This document shows, piece by piece, positions 48,901 through 59,690 of a stretch of 64,000 nt of DNA; within the stretch, counting starts at the first letter, position 1, and every line of letters begins with the position of its first letter. A program made the translations under genes and the position numbers. The stretch comes from Terriglobia bacterium (GTDB taxonomy: Bacteria; Acidobacteriota; Terriglobia; 20CM-2-55-15). The notes beneath the pieces are model-generated. The model was given only the letters and a program-made list of their open reading frames with translations, was not told the origin of the DNA and ran no database searches. The stretch lies in the NCBI GenBank assembly GCA_965198225.1, contig CBDAOY010000006.1, positions 997,713 through 1,061,712 of the forward strand. The letters are read 5' to 3'.

Positions 48901-50442
48901 TCAATTACGAGCAGAGGGTGCCGGGTGTAGTGGTTTTCGCGGCAGCAGCTCATCACGATTCGCCGTGTGGTATACGAACGATGCGACGATCACGGCGTTT
49001 CTCATCATGTCCCAGGGTTGGATACGTTCGTAGACATCCATGCTGGAATGATGCGTCCGCGAACTGTATTCAATCGGGTCCTGGATGAAGCTCAGGCCGG
49101 GAATGCCGATGGCCTCGAACGAGGTGTGGTCGCTCCCCCCGATGCTGGTCGGCGGCTGGCGCGGCCCGCCGACGGCGATCGTGCTCATGCCCATGTTACG
49201 GAAGGGTTCCATCCAGGCCTGGAACACAGGAGCGGCGGCTTCGTTACCGTTCAGGCTGATGCCGCGAATGGCCCCGGTTCCCGTGTCGACGTTGTAGTAG
49301 ACGCTCACTTTCGCGTGATCCGGTTTGACCTCCATCGTGGAGCGATCACCAAAGTGCTCCTTGACGTAGGCGTCGGAACCCAGCAGACCCTGTTCTTCGC
49401 CCGTCCACAGGGCGAGCCGAACTGTGCGCCGCATCCTCAGGTTCGTCGCCTTGAGGATCCGAACGGCCTCCATCATGACCGCAGACCCGGCGGCGTTGTC
49501 GGTCGCCCCTGTTCCGGTGTGCCAGGAATCGAAGTGGCCGCCGAGCATGACGATCTCATCGGCCTTGTCGGTGCCTCGAATCTCGGCGATGACGTTGTAG
49601 GCCTGGAGGTCCTCGTCATGGAACGTGTTGCCGACATCGGCTTCGATGGTAACCGGCAGGTCTTTCTCCAGCGTCCGGACAATGCGGCCGTAATGCTCGA
49701 CGGCCAGAACGAGCTGCGGCGGCACCGGCGGATCGTCAGGGTTCCTGGATCCGCCGCTCGAGACGAAGACCGTGCCTCCGCTTCCGCGTCCGGGCTCGAT
49801 CAGGGCGGCGAGGCCTTCGTCCAGGAAGAACTGCAGCCGCCGGCTCGCAAAATCTCTGGCCCGAGAATCGCGTCCGCCTCTGGCCGGCCGCGACAGGCGC
49901 GCGGCGCGCGCCGCCAGATCGTCGTCCGTCATGCGGCGTGCAAGGGGTTCGAACAGCGCCGGCACCTCGGGCATCGGGGCGGTCAACACGTACTTGCCCC
50001 GCAACTTGCCGTGGTACGTTTCGAAGTCTTCTTCCCTCGTCAAGACCGCCATCACGGCTTCGGCGGCGACGAGCCCATCCGTCCCGGGAGTCCAGGCCTT
50101 GGGGTAGGCGATGATCGGGTAGGTGCCGTCCGCGATCTTGATCGACGCATGCATGCGGTCGTTGGTCCAGCCGCGACCGAAGGTTCCCCAGGTCTCAAAA
50201 TCGACGTTGACGAGCTCCCATCCGATCAGCTTCGTGCGGACCCATTCTGCGGCGGCTTTGATATTGGGGGAGTTCGTCAGGCGTGGTCCGTAGACGTCGG
50301 TGAGGTAGCTCATGGTCTCCATGACTTCCGACCGGTTCAGCCCCTCTTCCTTGATCTTGTAGATCGCGTCCAGGTCGACGGGTTCCATGCTCTGGCCGAT
50401 GATCGGCACCCCAAGCGCGGCGATCAGGGCACAAAACAGCAC
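48901..50442 (-). CDS. M28 family peptidase (carboxypeptidase Q-like)
   Basis: GPRLT, GGHFDSW, GATDNAAG, GEEQGL, SDH, HHSSMD. Confidence 0.92.
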   Translation of the reverse strand: MLFCALIAALGVPIIGQSMEPVDLDAIYKIKEEGLNRSEVMETMSYLTDVYGPRLTNSPNIKAAAEWVRTKLIGWELVNVDFETWGTFGRGWTNDRMHASIKIADGTYPIIAYPKAWTPGTDGLVAAEAVMAVLTREEDFETYHGKLRGKYVLTAPMPEVPALFEPLARRMTDDDLAARAARLSRPARGGRDSRARDFASRRLQFFLDEGLAALIEPGRGSGGTVFVSSGGSRNPDDPPVPPQLVLAVEHYGRIVRTLEKDLPVTIEADVGNTFHDEDLQAYNVIAEIRGTDKADEIVMLGGHFDSWHTGTGATDNAAGSAVMMEAVRILKATNLRMRRTVRLALWTGEEQGLLGSDAYVKEHFGDRSTMEVKPDHAKVSVYYNVDTGTGAIRGISLNGNEAAAPVFQAWMEPFRNMGMSTIAVGGPRQPPTSIGGSDHTSFEAIGIPGLSFIQDPIEYSSRTHHSSMDVYERIQPWDMMRNAVIVASFVYHTANRDELLPRKPLHPAPSARN

Positions 50443-50573
50443 TGGTTATCCGGCCTGGCGTCTCATTGGGACCTCCTGGTGTCGAGTTCGGTTTGGGGAA
50501 ACGATTATTGTCTGCGATCCGGGTTCGGTAAAGCGAAAAGCTTCGCGCTAAACTGTAACGGAAAAGGGGGTGG

Positions 50574-51098
50574 ATGATGAGTGAACGAGGCCGCTGGTTC
50601 GACCGGAGCTTTGAGTTCGACTTCACAACGGAGTTGCACGCCGAGTTGCTGGAGCGCTTGCGTGGAACGCCCGCGCGGCTCGAAGAGCGGTTGCGCGGCC
50701 TGGGGCGAGAGGTTCTCACCCGACGCCGGGCAGAAGGGAAGTGGTCGATTCAGGAAAATGCCGGACACCTGATGGACCTGGAATCGCTCTTCACCGGCCG
50801 TCTGGACGATTTCGACGTCGGTGCCGTGGAGCTACGCCCGGCCGACGAGACGAACCAGAAGACCGAAGACGCCGATCACAACTCCTCGGAACTCGAGTCG
50901 ATACTGGCCGCCTTCCGCCGCGAACGCATGGCCCTGGTGGGTCGCCTCGACGCCTTGCAGCCAGACGATTTCGCCCGCTCGGCGCGGCACCCGCGCCTGC
51001 ACCAGCCCATGCGGCTCTGCGACCTGATGTTCTTTCAGGCCGAGCACGACGACCACCACCTTGCGACGATCACGGAATTGATGAGACAGCTGGTGTAG
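50574..51098 (+). CDS. DinB family protein
   Basis: WSIQENAGHL...AEHDDHHL. Confidence 0.9.
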   Translation: MMSERGRWFDRSFEFDFTTELHAELLERLRGTPARLEERLRGLGREVLTRRRAEGKWSIQENAGHLMDLESLFTGRLDDFDVGAVELRPADETNQKTEDADHNSSELESILAAFRRERMALVGRLDALQPDDFARSARHPRLHQPMRLCDLMFFQAEHDDHHLATITELMRQLV

Positions 51099-51289
51099 GT
51101 GCGGTCTATGACCGCACATTCTTCGAACCGAAACACGTGCGCTCATAGAGCGCCCCTACACCCCAACCCGAAGTTTCGCTTGTCTCAGACACGGATCCTT
51201 GCGCTTCGCTCGCACTGTTTTGACCGGCAGTGGTCTATAACCGGACCTTCTTCAAGCCGGAACAGTGTGCGGTCATAGACCGCACCTAC
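51095..51289. repeat. Two GTAG-family REP doublets (second partly degenerate) between convergent genes
   Basis: 51095-51159 and ~51226-51289; each outer GTAG supplies a TAG stop. Confidence 0.85.
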
Positions 51290-51888
51290 ACCCTTTCCAG
51301 CTCCCACAAGACCGTGTCGCTCTTCTTGGGAACGAACAAACCGCCTCCGCAGTTGACGAAGTCCCGGGCCAGAATCTTGCGGTACCAGTCCGCTGGGCGA
51401 CGGCGCATGGCAGCGTCCGTTTTCTCGCGATCGCAGTTGTCGTCTTCCCAGTCCTCTTTGGTGATCACCTGGAGGTAGAGCGCTCCTCGACACATCGCCG
51501 CGACGTTGGTGAGGGCGGTCCTGACCTCGCGGTCTTTCAGGTAGGCCAGTACATCCTGACAGACGATGAGGTCGAACCGCCGGCGGGGCTTGAAATCGAC
51601 GATCGAGGCCCGTTTCCAGCCGTATTCGGCACACAGGTAGCCGGAGACTTCGATGCCCGTGTACTTGATGTCGGGGTCGAATCCGTGCAGAGCCGCTTGC
51701 CAGAATCCGAGTCCGCAGCCGGCATCCAACACCGTGCGGACTGGTATTTCCAGGTACTGGAGGTAGGTCAGGACGAACCGCGCCAGACCTTTGTACTGCC
51801 GAGGTTCGACGGCCGCCGTTTCGGGGTGACGGTAGAAGCGATCGTAGTACTCCTTGTCGAACCGTGACGCGGTTTTGCCTGCCGGCAT
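51286..51888 (-). CDS. Class I SAM-dependent methyltransferase
   Basis: VLDAGCGLG, FDLIVC. Confidence 0.88.
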   Translation of the reverse strand: MPAGKTASRFDKEYYDRFYRHPETAAVEPRQYKGLARFVLTYLQYLEIPVRTVLDAGCGLGFWQAALHGFDPDIKYTGIEVSGYLCAEYGWKRASIVDFKPRRRFDLIVCQDVLAYLKDREVRTALTNVAAMCRGALYLQVITKEDWEDDNCDREKTDAAMRRRPADWYRKILARDFVNCGGGLFVPKKSDTVLWELERV

Positions 51889-51895
51889 CGGACCG

Positions 51896-52720
51896 TCAGT
51901 TGAGTCGCGAAGACCGAGCTCTTTGCTCGGCGGCAATCTCGACTAGCCGCCTCAGCTCGGCGATCGGCTGCTCGTTGTCATCGACCTGCAGGCGCAGGAC
52001 GACGTCGTTGTTCAACCAGACACCACCATCTTCCTGCACGATCAGCATGGCGGCCGACTGCATGCCTCTCCGGTCTCCTCCGGCGGCCTGTCCGGCTTCC
52101 AATGCGGCCAGTAGCCGGAAAGACAGGTGACCCTCCGTGTTCGTGAACGCTGCGACCATCGCGTCGACGACTTCGGGGCCCGCCAGGATGTTCCCCTGCG
52201 CTGAGGTGTGTCTTCCGAGTTTGTGGCCGGCCCAGTCGCTGGCGCGCTCCCCGGTGTGTGTGGCGAATTGCCCCCGGGCGTTCATGACTGAGAACTGTCT
52301 ACCCGCTTTCGGCCAGTCGTCGGGAAACGGATCCGGATCGGCTTTCAGCAGCCGTTCGACGATCTCCTTCGGCCCGACTCCCTGACGGAGAAGTTCGATG
52401 GCGTGCGGGCCGTAGCTCACGTCGACCCAGGCCTGAGTGGCGACGACTCCGACCCCGGCTTCGCCCCAGATCACGCCGTTGCCGACCGAGAACACGCGCG
52501 ACTGAACGGCGACGCCCGCCTCGCCCGTTTCCGGATCGTATCCGACGATGGAAAAGGTGGCGACCGGTTCGCCGCTCGCGTCCGCTCGAGCCGGCGCCCC
52601 CTGACCGGGAACCAATGTTGGGCAAGAAAGAACCAGGATCAGAACGAGTAAGCCCGAGAAACGCGCAGTTCCGCCGTCATGCATTCCCGCTGTCACCTCC
52701 ACCAGAGTGTCCAAGAGCAT
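51896..52720 (-). CDS. DUF1028 (Ntn-hydrolase-like) protein
   Basis: ATFSIVG, GVAVQS, QGNILAG, AGGDRRGMQSAA. Confidence 0.92.
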   Translation of the reverse strand: MLLDTLVEVTAGMHDGGTARFSGLLVLILVLSCPTLVPGQGAPARADASGEPVATFSIVGYDPETGEAGVAVQSRVFSVGNGVIWGEAGVGVVATQAWVDVSYGPHAIELLRQGVGPKEIVERLLKADPDPFPDDWPKAGRQFSVMNARGQFATHTGERASDWAGHKLGRHTSAQGNILAGPEVVDAMVAAFTNTEGHLSFRLLAALEAGQAAGGDRRGMQSAAMLIVQEDGGVWLNNDVVLRLQVDDNEQPIAELRRLVEIAAEQRARSSRLN

Positions 52721-52844
52721 ACCATCCCCGTGTGGCCTGATGGTCCGCGAGAGAACTAATGTGAGGGGGGGCAGGCGCCTGGCCCTGTCCCCGGGTTTTC
52801 GGGGGCCGAGACTTTAGCGGGGTTAGCTGACTACCGACTACTGA

Positions 52845-53318
52845 TTACTGACTACTACCCCCACCCCCCATCGCCCTCACGCGTTCGCCTATCTCCTCGG
52901 GTGAAACATCCTCGATGTGGGTGGCGATCGTCCAGAGATGACCGTATGGATCCTTCAGCGTTCCGGACCGATCCCCGTAGAACTGATCTTTGATCGGTTG
53001 TACTTCAGTGGCTCCGGCGTCCACAGCCTGCTGAAAGCGATCATCGACGTTTTCCACATAAAGCATTATAAAGGCTGGTGTTCCGCCCAGAGTCTCCGGA
53101 CTCACGGCCCCCATGTCGGGGTGTTCGTCGGCCAGCATGATCGGAGAGTCTCCGATCTTGATCTCAGCGTGACCGATCTTGCCTCCAGGGGCGTCGAGTC
53201 GGAACAGTTCGGTCGCGCCAAGCGCTTTCTTGTAGAACTCCAGCGCTCCGACTGCACCTTTCACGATCAGGTAGGGGGTGACGGAGTGATAGCCGTCGGG
53301 AATCGGTTTGGCTGCCAT
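52845..53318 (-). CDS. VOC/PhnB family protein
   Basis: IPDGYHSVTPYL, HAEIKIGDS, QFYGDRSG..KDPYGH. Confidence 0.93.
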   Translation of the reverse strand: MAAKPIPDGYHSVTPYLIVKGAVGALEFYKKALGATELFRLDAPGGKIGHAEIKIGDSPIMLADEHPDMGAVSPETLGGTPAFIMLYVENVDDRFQQAVDAGATEVQPIKDQFYGDRSGTLKDPYGHLWTIATHIEDVSPEEIGERVRAMGGGGSSQ

Positions 53319-53515
53319 GGTGTCTGGACCTCCAGGGATGTTCATTTTCTGCAAGGATTTCGAAGATCTGCGGGTATCCTATGGCGTCAGAACGATCCGA
53401 GTCAAAGCAATCGGGGGGAGTCGAAGGTAAGCGACTTGCGGGCCGCTCACCGAAGACCACGACCTCAACGGCGAACGCCTGAAATGGAGCGGTCGCAGCA
53501 GGAGGATTGGCAGAA

Positions 53516-54702
53516 ATGAAACTCAACAAGGTTCTTGTTGGCCTCATGTTTCTCACGCTCTTCGTCGCTCTCGGAGTCGGCGCTTCGCTGATCGAGAGCT
53601 GGGCCGTTGCCGCCGAACAGGCTGGTGTCGAGGCCCCGTTGTTCGAGGTGGATCCGCTGTGGCCGAAGCCGTTGCCGAACCACTGGCTCCTGGGCTCGAC
53701 GATCGGCGTGTCCGTCGATTCCCGTGATCACGTCTGGATCATCCACCGTCGGACCACGTTGGACGGACGGAAACCAACGCGACCCTCGATCCACCGACGA
53801 GTGAGTGCTGCACGCCGGCGCCCAACATCCTGGAATTCGACCCGGAGGGAAACCTCGTCGGCCACTGGGGCGGGCCGGGCGAGGGCTACGACTGGCCACA
53901 GTCGAACCATGGCATCACCGTCGATCACATGGATAACGTCTGGATCGGCGGCAACGGTCAGGAGGACTCCCACGTTCTGAAGTTTGCCAGGGACGGCAAA
54001 TTTCTGATGCAGCTCGGCAGTCCGGGCATGCGAACGGGAAGCAACGACACCGAGAATTTCTGGAGGGTTGCGAAGATAGCGATCGATCCGTCGGCCAACG
54101 AGACCTACATCGCCGACGGCTACGGCAACAAGCGCGTTGCGGTCGTCGACGCGGGCACCGGCGAGTTCAAGCGGTATTGGGGCGCCTACGGGAACAAGCC
54201 CGACGATGCGGCGCTGCCGGCGTACAGTCCGGACGATCCTCCGGCTCGACAGTTCCGTTCTCCCGTCCATTGCGTGGAGATCTCCAACGACGGTCTTGTC
54301 TATGTCTGTGACCGCGCCAGCGATCGGATTCAGGTGTTCCAGAAGGACGGTACGTTTGTTAAGGAAGGATTCTTTGCGCCCGAGACGCTGGGTTCAGGCT
54401 CGGCCTGGGACATTGCTCTATCGCATGATCCGGAGCAGCGGTTCATCTATATGGCGGACGGCTTCAACAAGAAGGTCCACATCATCGAGCGCGAATCGCT
54501 GGAAGCTCTGACCACCTTCGGAGACGGAGGCCGTCAGCCCGGCCAGTTCGTCGGCGTCCACAGCATCGCGACCGATTCGGAAGGGAACATCTACACTACC
54601 GAGACCTACGAAGGGAAACGCCTGCAGAAGTTCGTGTTCAAGGGAATCGGGCGCGTGAGGCAAAAGGACCAGGGCGTCCTGTGGCCGACGTCCCCGGATT
54701 AG
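53516..54702 (+). pseudogene. Secreted NHL-repeat beta-propeller protein, frameshift near 53765
   Basis: FEVDPLWPKPLPNHW in one frame continues as ECCTPAPNILEFDPEG...ADGYGN...VYVCDR in another. Confidence 0.85.
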
Positions 54703-54725
54703 TGGCCTGTTAGGTCACTTAGAGA

Positions 54726-55388
54726 CTAGCGGGCCAGCAACTCATCCTGGGTTGAAGAAACGATCAGAATCGTGCAGCCGCCTTCGGTCCACTGAACATT
54801 GTGGATACTACCGGCGTCGGCGCGCTGGTAGTCTCCCTTGTGGAGGACGGAATCGTTGACATGCAAGTCACCCTCGAGCACGAAACACTCTTCGACATCG
54901 TAATGTCGGTGAGGAGGGTAGCTGGCGCCGGGGGCTGCCCGAACCAGCATGGTGACGTAATTTCTTACCGGATCTACGAAGAGCCGTCGAACTGAAATTC
55001 CGGGCAGGCCTGTCTCTTCCCAGGCCCCCTCATCCGACGGTACCGATGTCCATCCGACGGAGGCTTCGTCCGATGATGGCGACGACACTCCGGGGATCTC
55101 CCACTTTTTCCATACCTGTGGGTCCACGTCGGGCGTCGTAGCGGCGTCGAGCCGGATCTGTTCGAGGAGCTTCTCGCGGAGACCGGCCGGCGGCGCTTCG
55201 GGAGGAGCCAACAAGGCGAGGCTCGAACTCGTCGCTTCCATCTCAAGGAGTTCTGTAGTGCACAGCGCGCATCCCTCGCCGAGGTGCTGCTCGTAGGTGG
55301 ATGCTTCGGCGAGCGGCAGCGTCCCTAGCGCGTAGAGGGCCGCAAGCTCGCGCGCGTCTTCAATGGAATGTCCTCTTTCCAACTCCAT
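54726..55388 (-). CDS. ChrR-like anti-sigma factor (ZAS plus cupin)
   Basis: HLGEGCALC zinc motif; YPPHRHYDVEECFVLEG cupin. Confidence 0.9.
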   Translation of the reverse strand: MELERGHSIEDARELAALYALGTLPLAEASTYEQHLGEGCALCTTELLEMEATSSSLALLAPPEAPPAGLREKLLEQIRLDAATTPDVDPQVWKKWEIPGVSSPSSDEASVGWTSVPSDEGAWEETGLPGISVRRLFVDPVRNYVTMLVRAAPGASYPPHRHYDVEECFVLEGDLHVNDSVLHKGDYQRADAGSIHNVQWTEGGCTILIVSSTQDELLAR

Positions 55389-55981
55389 TATGCCCGCTCC
55401 TCATCGAGGAGAAGCTCTCGGAGCCTCATCATACCATGGCGGATACGGGTCTTTACCGTACCGAGGGGCTGCCCCAGACGCTCCGCGATCTCAGAATGCG
55501 TCAGGCCTGAAAAATACGCGATCTGAATGACTTCACCCTGCTCCGGGTTCAACTTGTCGATTGCCTCTCGGACGCGGAGCCCCCTTTCAGACAACAGCAG
55601 CGATTGCTCGGGGTCGTCTTGTTTTGCACGCGTGTCGAGATCTTCGGGGGCAACCGAATCGAGCCGCTTGCGTCGAGTCGAAGCCCGAAGCTGGTCGATG
55701 GCCCGGCTCCGGGCCATCGTGCACAACCACGATAAGGGATTCCCCCGCGTGCTGTCGTAGTCCCCCGCTTGCCTCCAGACCTGCAGGTACACGTCCAGCG
55801 TCGCTTCCTCTGTTGCGTTTCGGTCTCCGAGGATGCGCTGGGCCAAGCCGAACACAAGACGACTCGTGCCGTCGTAGAGTCTCGCAAGAGCAGCCTGATC
55901 GCCTCCGGCGATTCGTTCGATCAGATCTCTCCAGAGCTGATCCTGGGTGCTCGACTTACGGGCTCTTCGATCCGCGGACAG
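55388..55981 (-). CDS. ECF sigma factor (SigK-like), probable CTG start
   Basis: GDQAALARLYD, VYLQVWRQA, YFSGLTHSEIA..LGTVKTRIR; AGGAGG 5 nt before CTG at 55981. Confidence 0.9.
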   Translation of the reverse strand: MSADRRARKSSTQDQLWRDLIERIAGGDQAALARLYDGTSRLVFGLAQRILGDRNATEEATLDVYLQVWRQAGDYDSTRGNPLSWLCTMARSRAIDQLRASTRRKRLDSVAPEDLDTRAKQDDPEQSLLLSERGLRVREAIDKLNPEQGEVIQIAYFSGLTHSEIAERLGQPLGTVKTRIRHGMMRLRELLLDEERA

Positions 55982-56110
55982 CCTCGCCTCCTATATAGGT
56001 ATACGTCCAACCGAAGTTATTCGGATTTACCGAACACACTGCCGGGGGGCGTTCGGCACCAACTTGCACACCCATGATTCTAACCCGCATTTTTTTGAGG
56101 CGATTCCGAA

Positions 56111-56136
56111 AATCCAAACCGGCGTGGGGATCGTAT
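56111..56136 (+). promoter_or_regulatory. Putative ECF promoter for the TPR-DUF4331 operon
   Basis: AATCC-N16-CGTAT resembles SigK-type -35/-10 elements. Confidence 0.4.
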
Positions 56137-56176
56137 TGATTTTCGAAGCCGGAAAAAAAGGAGGGCGAAGAGAATC

Positions 56177-57566
56177 GTGGCAATCAAGACTGTCTATGCC
56201 GAGCGGAGGGTGGCTCTGTCGGAAGCGGCGGCCTCCGTTCAGATGCCCTGGATACTGCTCATCATGGCGGGGTTCCTGCTTCTCGCCGGTTGCCAAACCG
56301 GGAGTGAGGCGGAGTTCACGAGGGATGGTTTCCCCGACCCCTGCGCCGTTGTGCTCGTCCCACACAAAGGAAGCGAGGCGCTCGACCTCGACATCGCGGA
56401 ACTTCAGGATGAGATCGGGGAGGCTCGCCGACCTGAAAGCAGGCTCGAACGGCTTGGTTGGCTGTTTGTTGCGAAGGCCCGAGCAAGCAACGATTCGGGC
56501 TATTACAGCCTGGCCGAACAGAGCGCGTGGTGTCTGGAATCCAAACAACCCGACGTCCCCGCAGCGCTGTTGCTCCGCGGGCATATCTTGCATCAGCTGC
56601 ATCGTTTCGGTGAGGCGGAGGCCCTGGCCCGTCGGCTGGTCGAGGTGCGTCGGGCGCCATTCGACTACGGTCTGTTGGGCGATGTCCTGCTTGAGCAGGG
56701 TAATCTGACCGAAGCCGCCGAGGCGTACCAGAACATGGTGGATCTCAAACCCGGGCTTCAAGTCATACAGCCGGGCGGCTCACGTTCGTTGGCTGAAGGG
56801 AGATCTTAGCGGCGCCATCGATCTCATGCGGATGGCCGCAAGGTCGAGCAGCCCACGCGATCCCGAAGCCGCGGCGTGGGTGCGTTCCCGTCTGGCTCTC
56901 TACGAGTTGCAGGACGGCTCGGTCGAGAATGCACTTCACGAGTCGGAGTCGGCGCTCCGATCCCAGGACGATCATGCGGGGGCACTTCTCTCGCGTGGCC
57001 GGATTCTGCTGGGCAGCGGGAACGGGGCGGCTGCGGTCGAAGCGCTCTTTGAAGTGGTCGACTCCGCTCCGATGCCCGAGGGCCAGTGGGTTCTCGCTGA
57101 AGCCCTGCGTGAGGTTGGTCGCGAAGCCGAAGCGCTCGATCTCGAAGCCGAACTAGTCGAGAGAGGGGCGGCACTGGACCCGCGGACGGTATCACTCTAT
57201 CTCGCCACCCGGAACGAGCGAACCGACGTTGCGCTGGAGCTGGCGGAACGGGAACTCCAATCCCGCCGCGACGTCTTCACGCTGGACACCCACGCCTGGG
57301 CCCTGAAGGCTGCCGGGAGGATCCAGGAAGCGAACGTCACCATGGGCGCGGCGCTGGCGGAAGGCACCGCGGATGCCCGGCTGTTCTACCACGCCGGCGT
57401 AATTGCGGGGATGGTCGGAGAGAAGGAAGAGGGCTGCCGCTGGCTCGGCCAGGCATCTCTCATCAAACAAATGTTACTGCCTTCGGAAAGAAAGGACGTA
57501 GCCGAGCGATTCGCGGAATGTTCCGAAGGCCAAACTGCCAATCTATGGAGGAAACGAGACTCATGA
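56177..57566 (+). pseudogene. TPR lipoprotein, +1 frameshift at ~56761
   Basis: LLAGC lipobox; PGL then QSYSRAAHVRWL in the next frame; TPR helices. Confidence 0.85.
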
Positions 57567-59014
57567 GAACAAGAGGATTCCGACTGGTCATTCCGCTGGC
57601 GCTGATGATGCTGGCGGCGACGCCGGTGCTGGCGTCCAGCCATATGGATGCGCCTTTGATTACACTCGACGATGCGGCAAACACCACCGACGTGTACGCT
57701 TTCGTTTCTGACACCGGTGGGGTCAAGTATCTGACGACCGCTCTGGCGGTGTTTCCGTTCGAGGAACCGGGCATAGGACCCAACGCATATCGGTTCGATG
57801 AGGAGGTTCGCTACGAGATCCAGGTTGCCACGGGTGCCGACGTGGCCGCGGGGAAGACCACCTTCAGCTATTGGTTCCGATTCGCGAGCCAGCGCAAGAA
57901 CACGAACACGATCCTGCAGTCGTACCTGGGCGTGATCGACAATGTTGACGATGCGTCCCAGAACTTCACTCAAACCTACACCGTCACCAGGGTCGATCAG
58001 TTCGGGGTTCAGAGCAGCCTCGGTACGGGGACTGTGCCGCCGAACAACCAGGGAAAGGTGACCCCGCAGTACAACCAGCTCCTGGACGGAGATATGAAGG
58101 CCAGAGAGGGCGTGGCGAGTGAAGGATCCCTCGATCTTTACACCCAACAGGCCATCGCGAATCTCAGCAACGGCTATCGTGCCTTCGCCGGACAGCGCGA
58201 CGACGGGTTCTACGCCGACATCCAGTCCATCTTCGACCTGGATTTCACGTTTGGGGGACCGAACAAACCTTTCGACAGCCAGGGCGGGTTCAACGTCCAC
58301 ACGATCGTCCTCCAGATCCCGGTCAGCGAGCTGGGAGGGGACGCTCAGGTCGTCGGAGTTTACGGGAGCACAAGCCGGCGTCGGATCACGGTATTGAGCC
58401 CGCAAATCCCACCGGCATTCCTCGGTGACAAACTGGACATCCATGCTGGTGATTGGGTTCAGGTGGCCCGGCAGGGGAACCCCCTGTTCAACGAGGCGCT
58501 TGTCGCCAACGAGGACAAGGATCGGTACAACCGAAGCAGCCCGACGATCGATTCGGCGATGTTCGCGAAATACGCCAGCTCGCCGGAACTGGCGGTGGTG
58601 TTGGGAGCTGCGGCGAACCTCCAGACCGACCGGACCGATCATGTCGGGATCTTCATTCCCGACATGATCCGTGTGGACCTGTCGACGGCCGCAGCCCGTC
58701 TCGCGGGGAACCCTCATGACGACGGTTTCCATCGGCTGGGTATCTTCGGCGGCGACACGCTCCTCAGTACCGTCCAGGAAGGTTTCGGCGCCGGTGCGGT
58801 TCCGGGCGGCTGGCCCAACGGCCGGCGATTCGGGGACGACGTCCTCGACATCGCGATCATCGCGGTGCTCAGCGACCTGCGAACGAGCCCTATCGTGATC
58901 TTTGGCGATGCATCGGTCGACATCGATCGCGTGACGGCCAACGACATTACCTACAACAAGGTCATGCCGTATGCGGCGACGCCCTTGAACGGACGAAACC
59001 ACGGACACCACTAA
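57563..59014 (+). CDS. DUF4331 family secreted protein
   Basis: ASSHMDAP, TDVYAF, FAGQRDDGF, RQGNPLFNE, WPNGRRFGDD. Confidence 0.93.
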   Translation: MRTRGFRLVIPLALMMLAATPVLASSHMDAPLITLDDAANTTDVYAFVSDTGGVKYLTTALAVFPFEEPGIGPNAYRFDEEVRYEIQVATGADVAAGKTTFSYWFRFASQRKNTNTILQSYLGVIDNVDDASQNFTQTYTVTRVDQFGVQSSLGTGTVPPNNQGKVTPQYNQLLDGDMKAREGVASEGSLDLYTQQAIANLSNGYRAFAGQRDDGFYADIQSIFDLDFTFGGPNKPFDSQGGFNVHTIVLQIPVSELGGDAQVVGVYGSTSRRRITVLSPQIPPAFLGDKLDIHAGDWVQVARQGNPLFNEALVANEDKDRYNRSSPTIDSAMFAKYASSPELAVVLGAAANLQTDRTDHVGIFIPDMIRVDLSTAAARLAGNPHDDGFHRLGIFGGDTLLSTVQEGFGAGAVPGGWPNGRRFGDDVLDIAIIAVLSDLRTSPIVIFGDASVDIDRVTANDITYNKVMPYAATPLNGRNHGHH

Positions 59015-59098
59015 ATGCGATGAGTGACATGTGGTGTGGGGCGCCTTCCGGCATCGTGGCCGACTCTGTTTTCGGCCACGATGCCGGTCTTCGGTCTT

Positions 59099-59160
59099 GA
59101 GATCGGGGACGGAGACCGAATTGACGTCGTGCGTGAGATTAGGGACGGAGACCGATTTCA
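59099..59160 (+). repeat. GGGGACGG REP copies left of Y1 transposase
   Basis: GAGATCGGGGACGGAGACCGAATT; GAGATTAGGGACGGAGACCGATTT. Confidence 0.85.
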
Positions 59161-59636
59161 GTTCCTCGGTACCATCAGCTCCGGAATCCTTCGAGAGGAC
59201 CCTCCGTCGGGCTCATTCGACCTATGCCCGCCTATTTAACAAGAAGCACGGCTTTTCCGGCTATCTCTGGCAGGATCGGTTTTTTTCCTGTCCTCTCGAT
59301 GAAGCGCACACGTGGGCGGCCCTACGCTACGTCGAGCAGAATCCGGTGCGAGCTGGAATGATCGACAAAGCCGAGGACTATCCATGGTCGAGCGCTGCCG
59401 CTCGTTGTCGCGGAGAACGCAATCCTTTATTGAGTTCGATTTTGGCAGAAACTCGTGCACCGTCTGAGTGGCTAAGTTGGCTTGCGATCGCTAGCGATAC
59501 TTCCTTTGAGGAGCAGATCCGCGCCAGTACGGCGTCGGGCATCCCTTGCGGGGGTGAGGACTTCGTCCGCGGCATCGAGGATCAGGTGGGGCGGGTTCTC
59601 CGTCTGCAAAAGCCCGGTCCAAAACCCGAAATATAA
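59161..59636 (+). pseudogene. RAYT/IS200-like Y1 transposase, N-terminus (HUH) missing
   Basis: YARLFNKKHGFSGYLWQDRFFS, RYVEQNPVRAG, YPWSS. Confidence 0.88.
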
Positions 59637-59690
59637 CTCCTGTAGTGCATTTGATTCTGTAGCCTGCAGCAGGATGGCGGTGCGTCCGCG

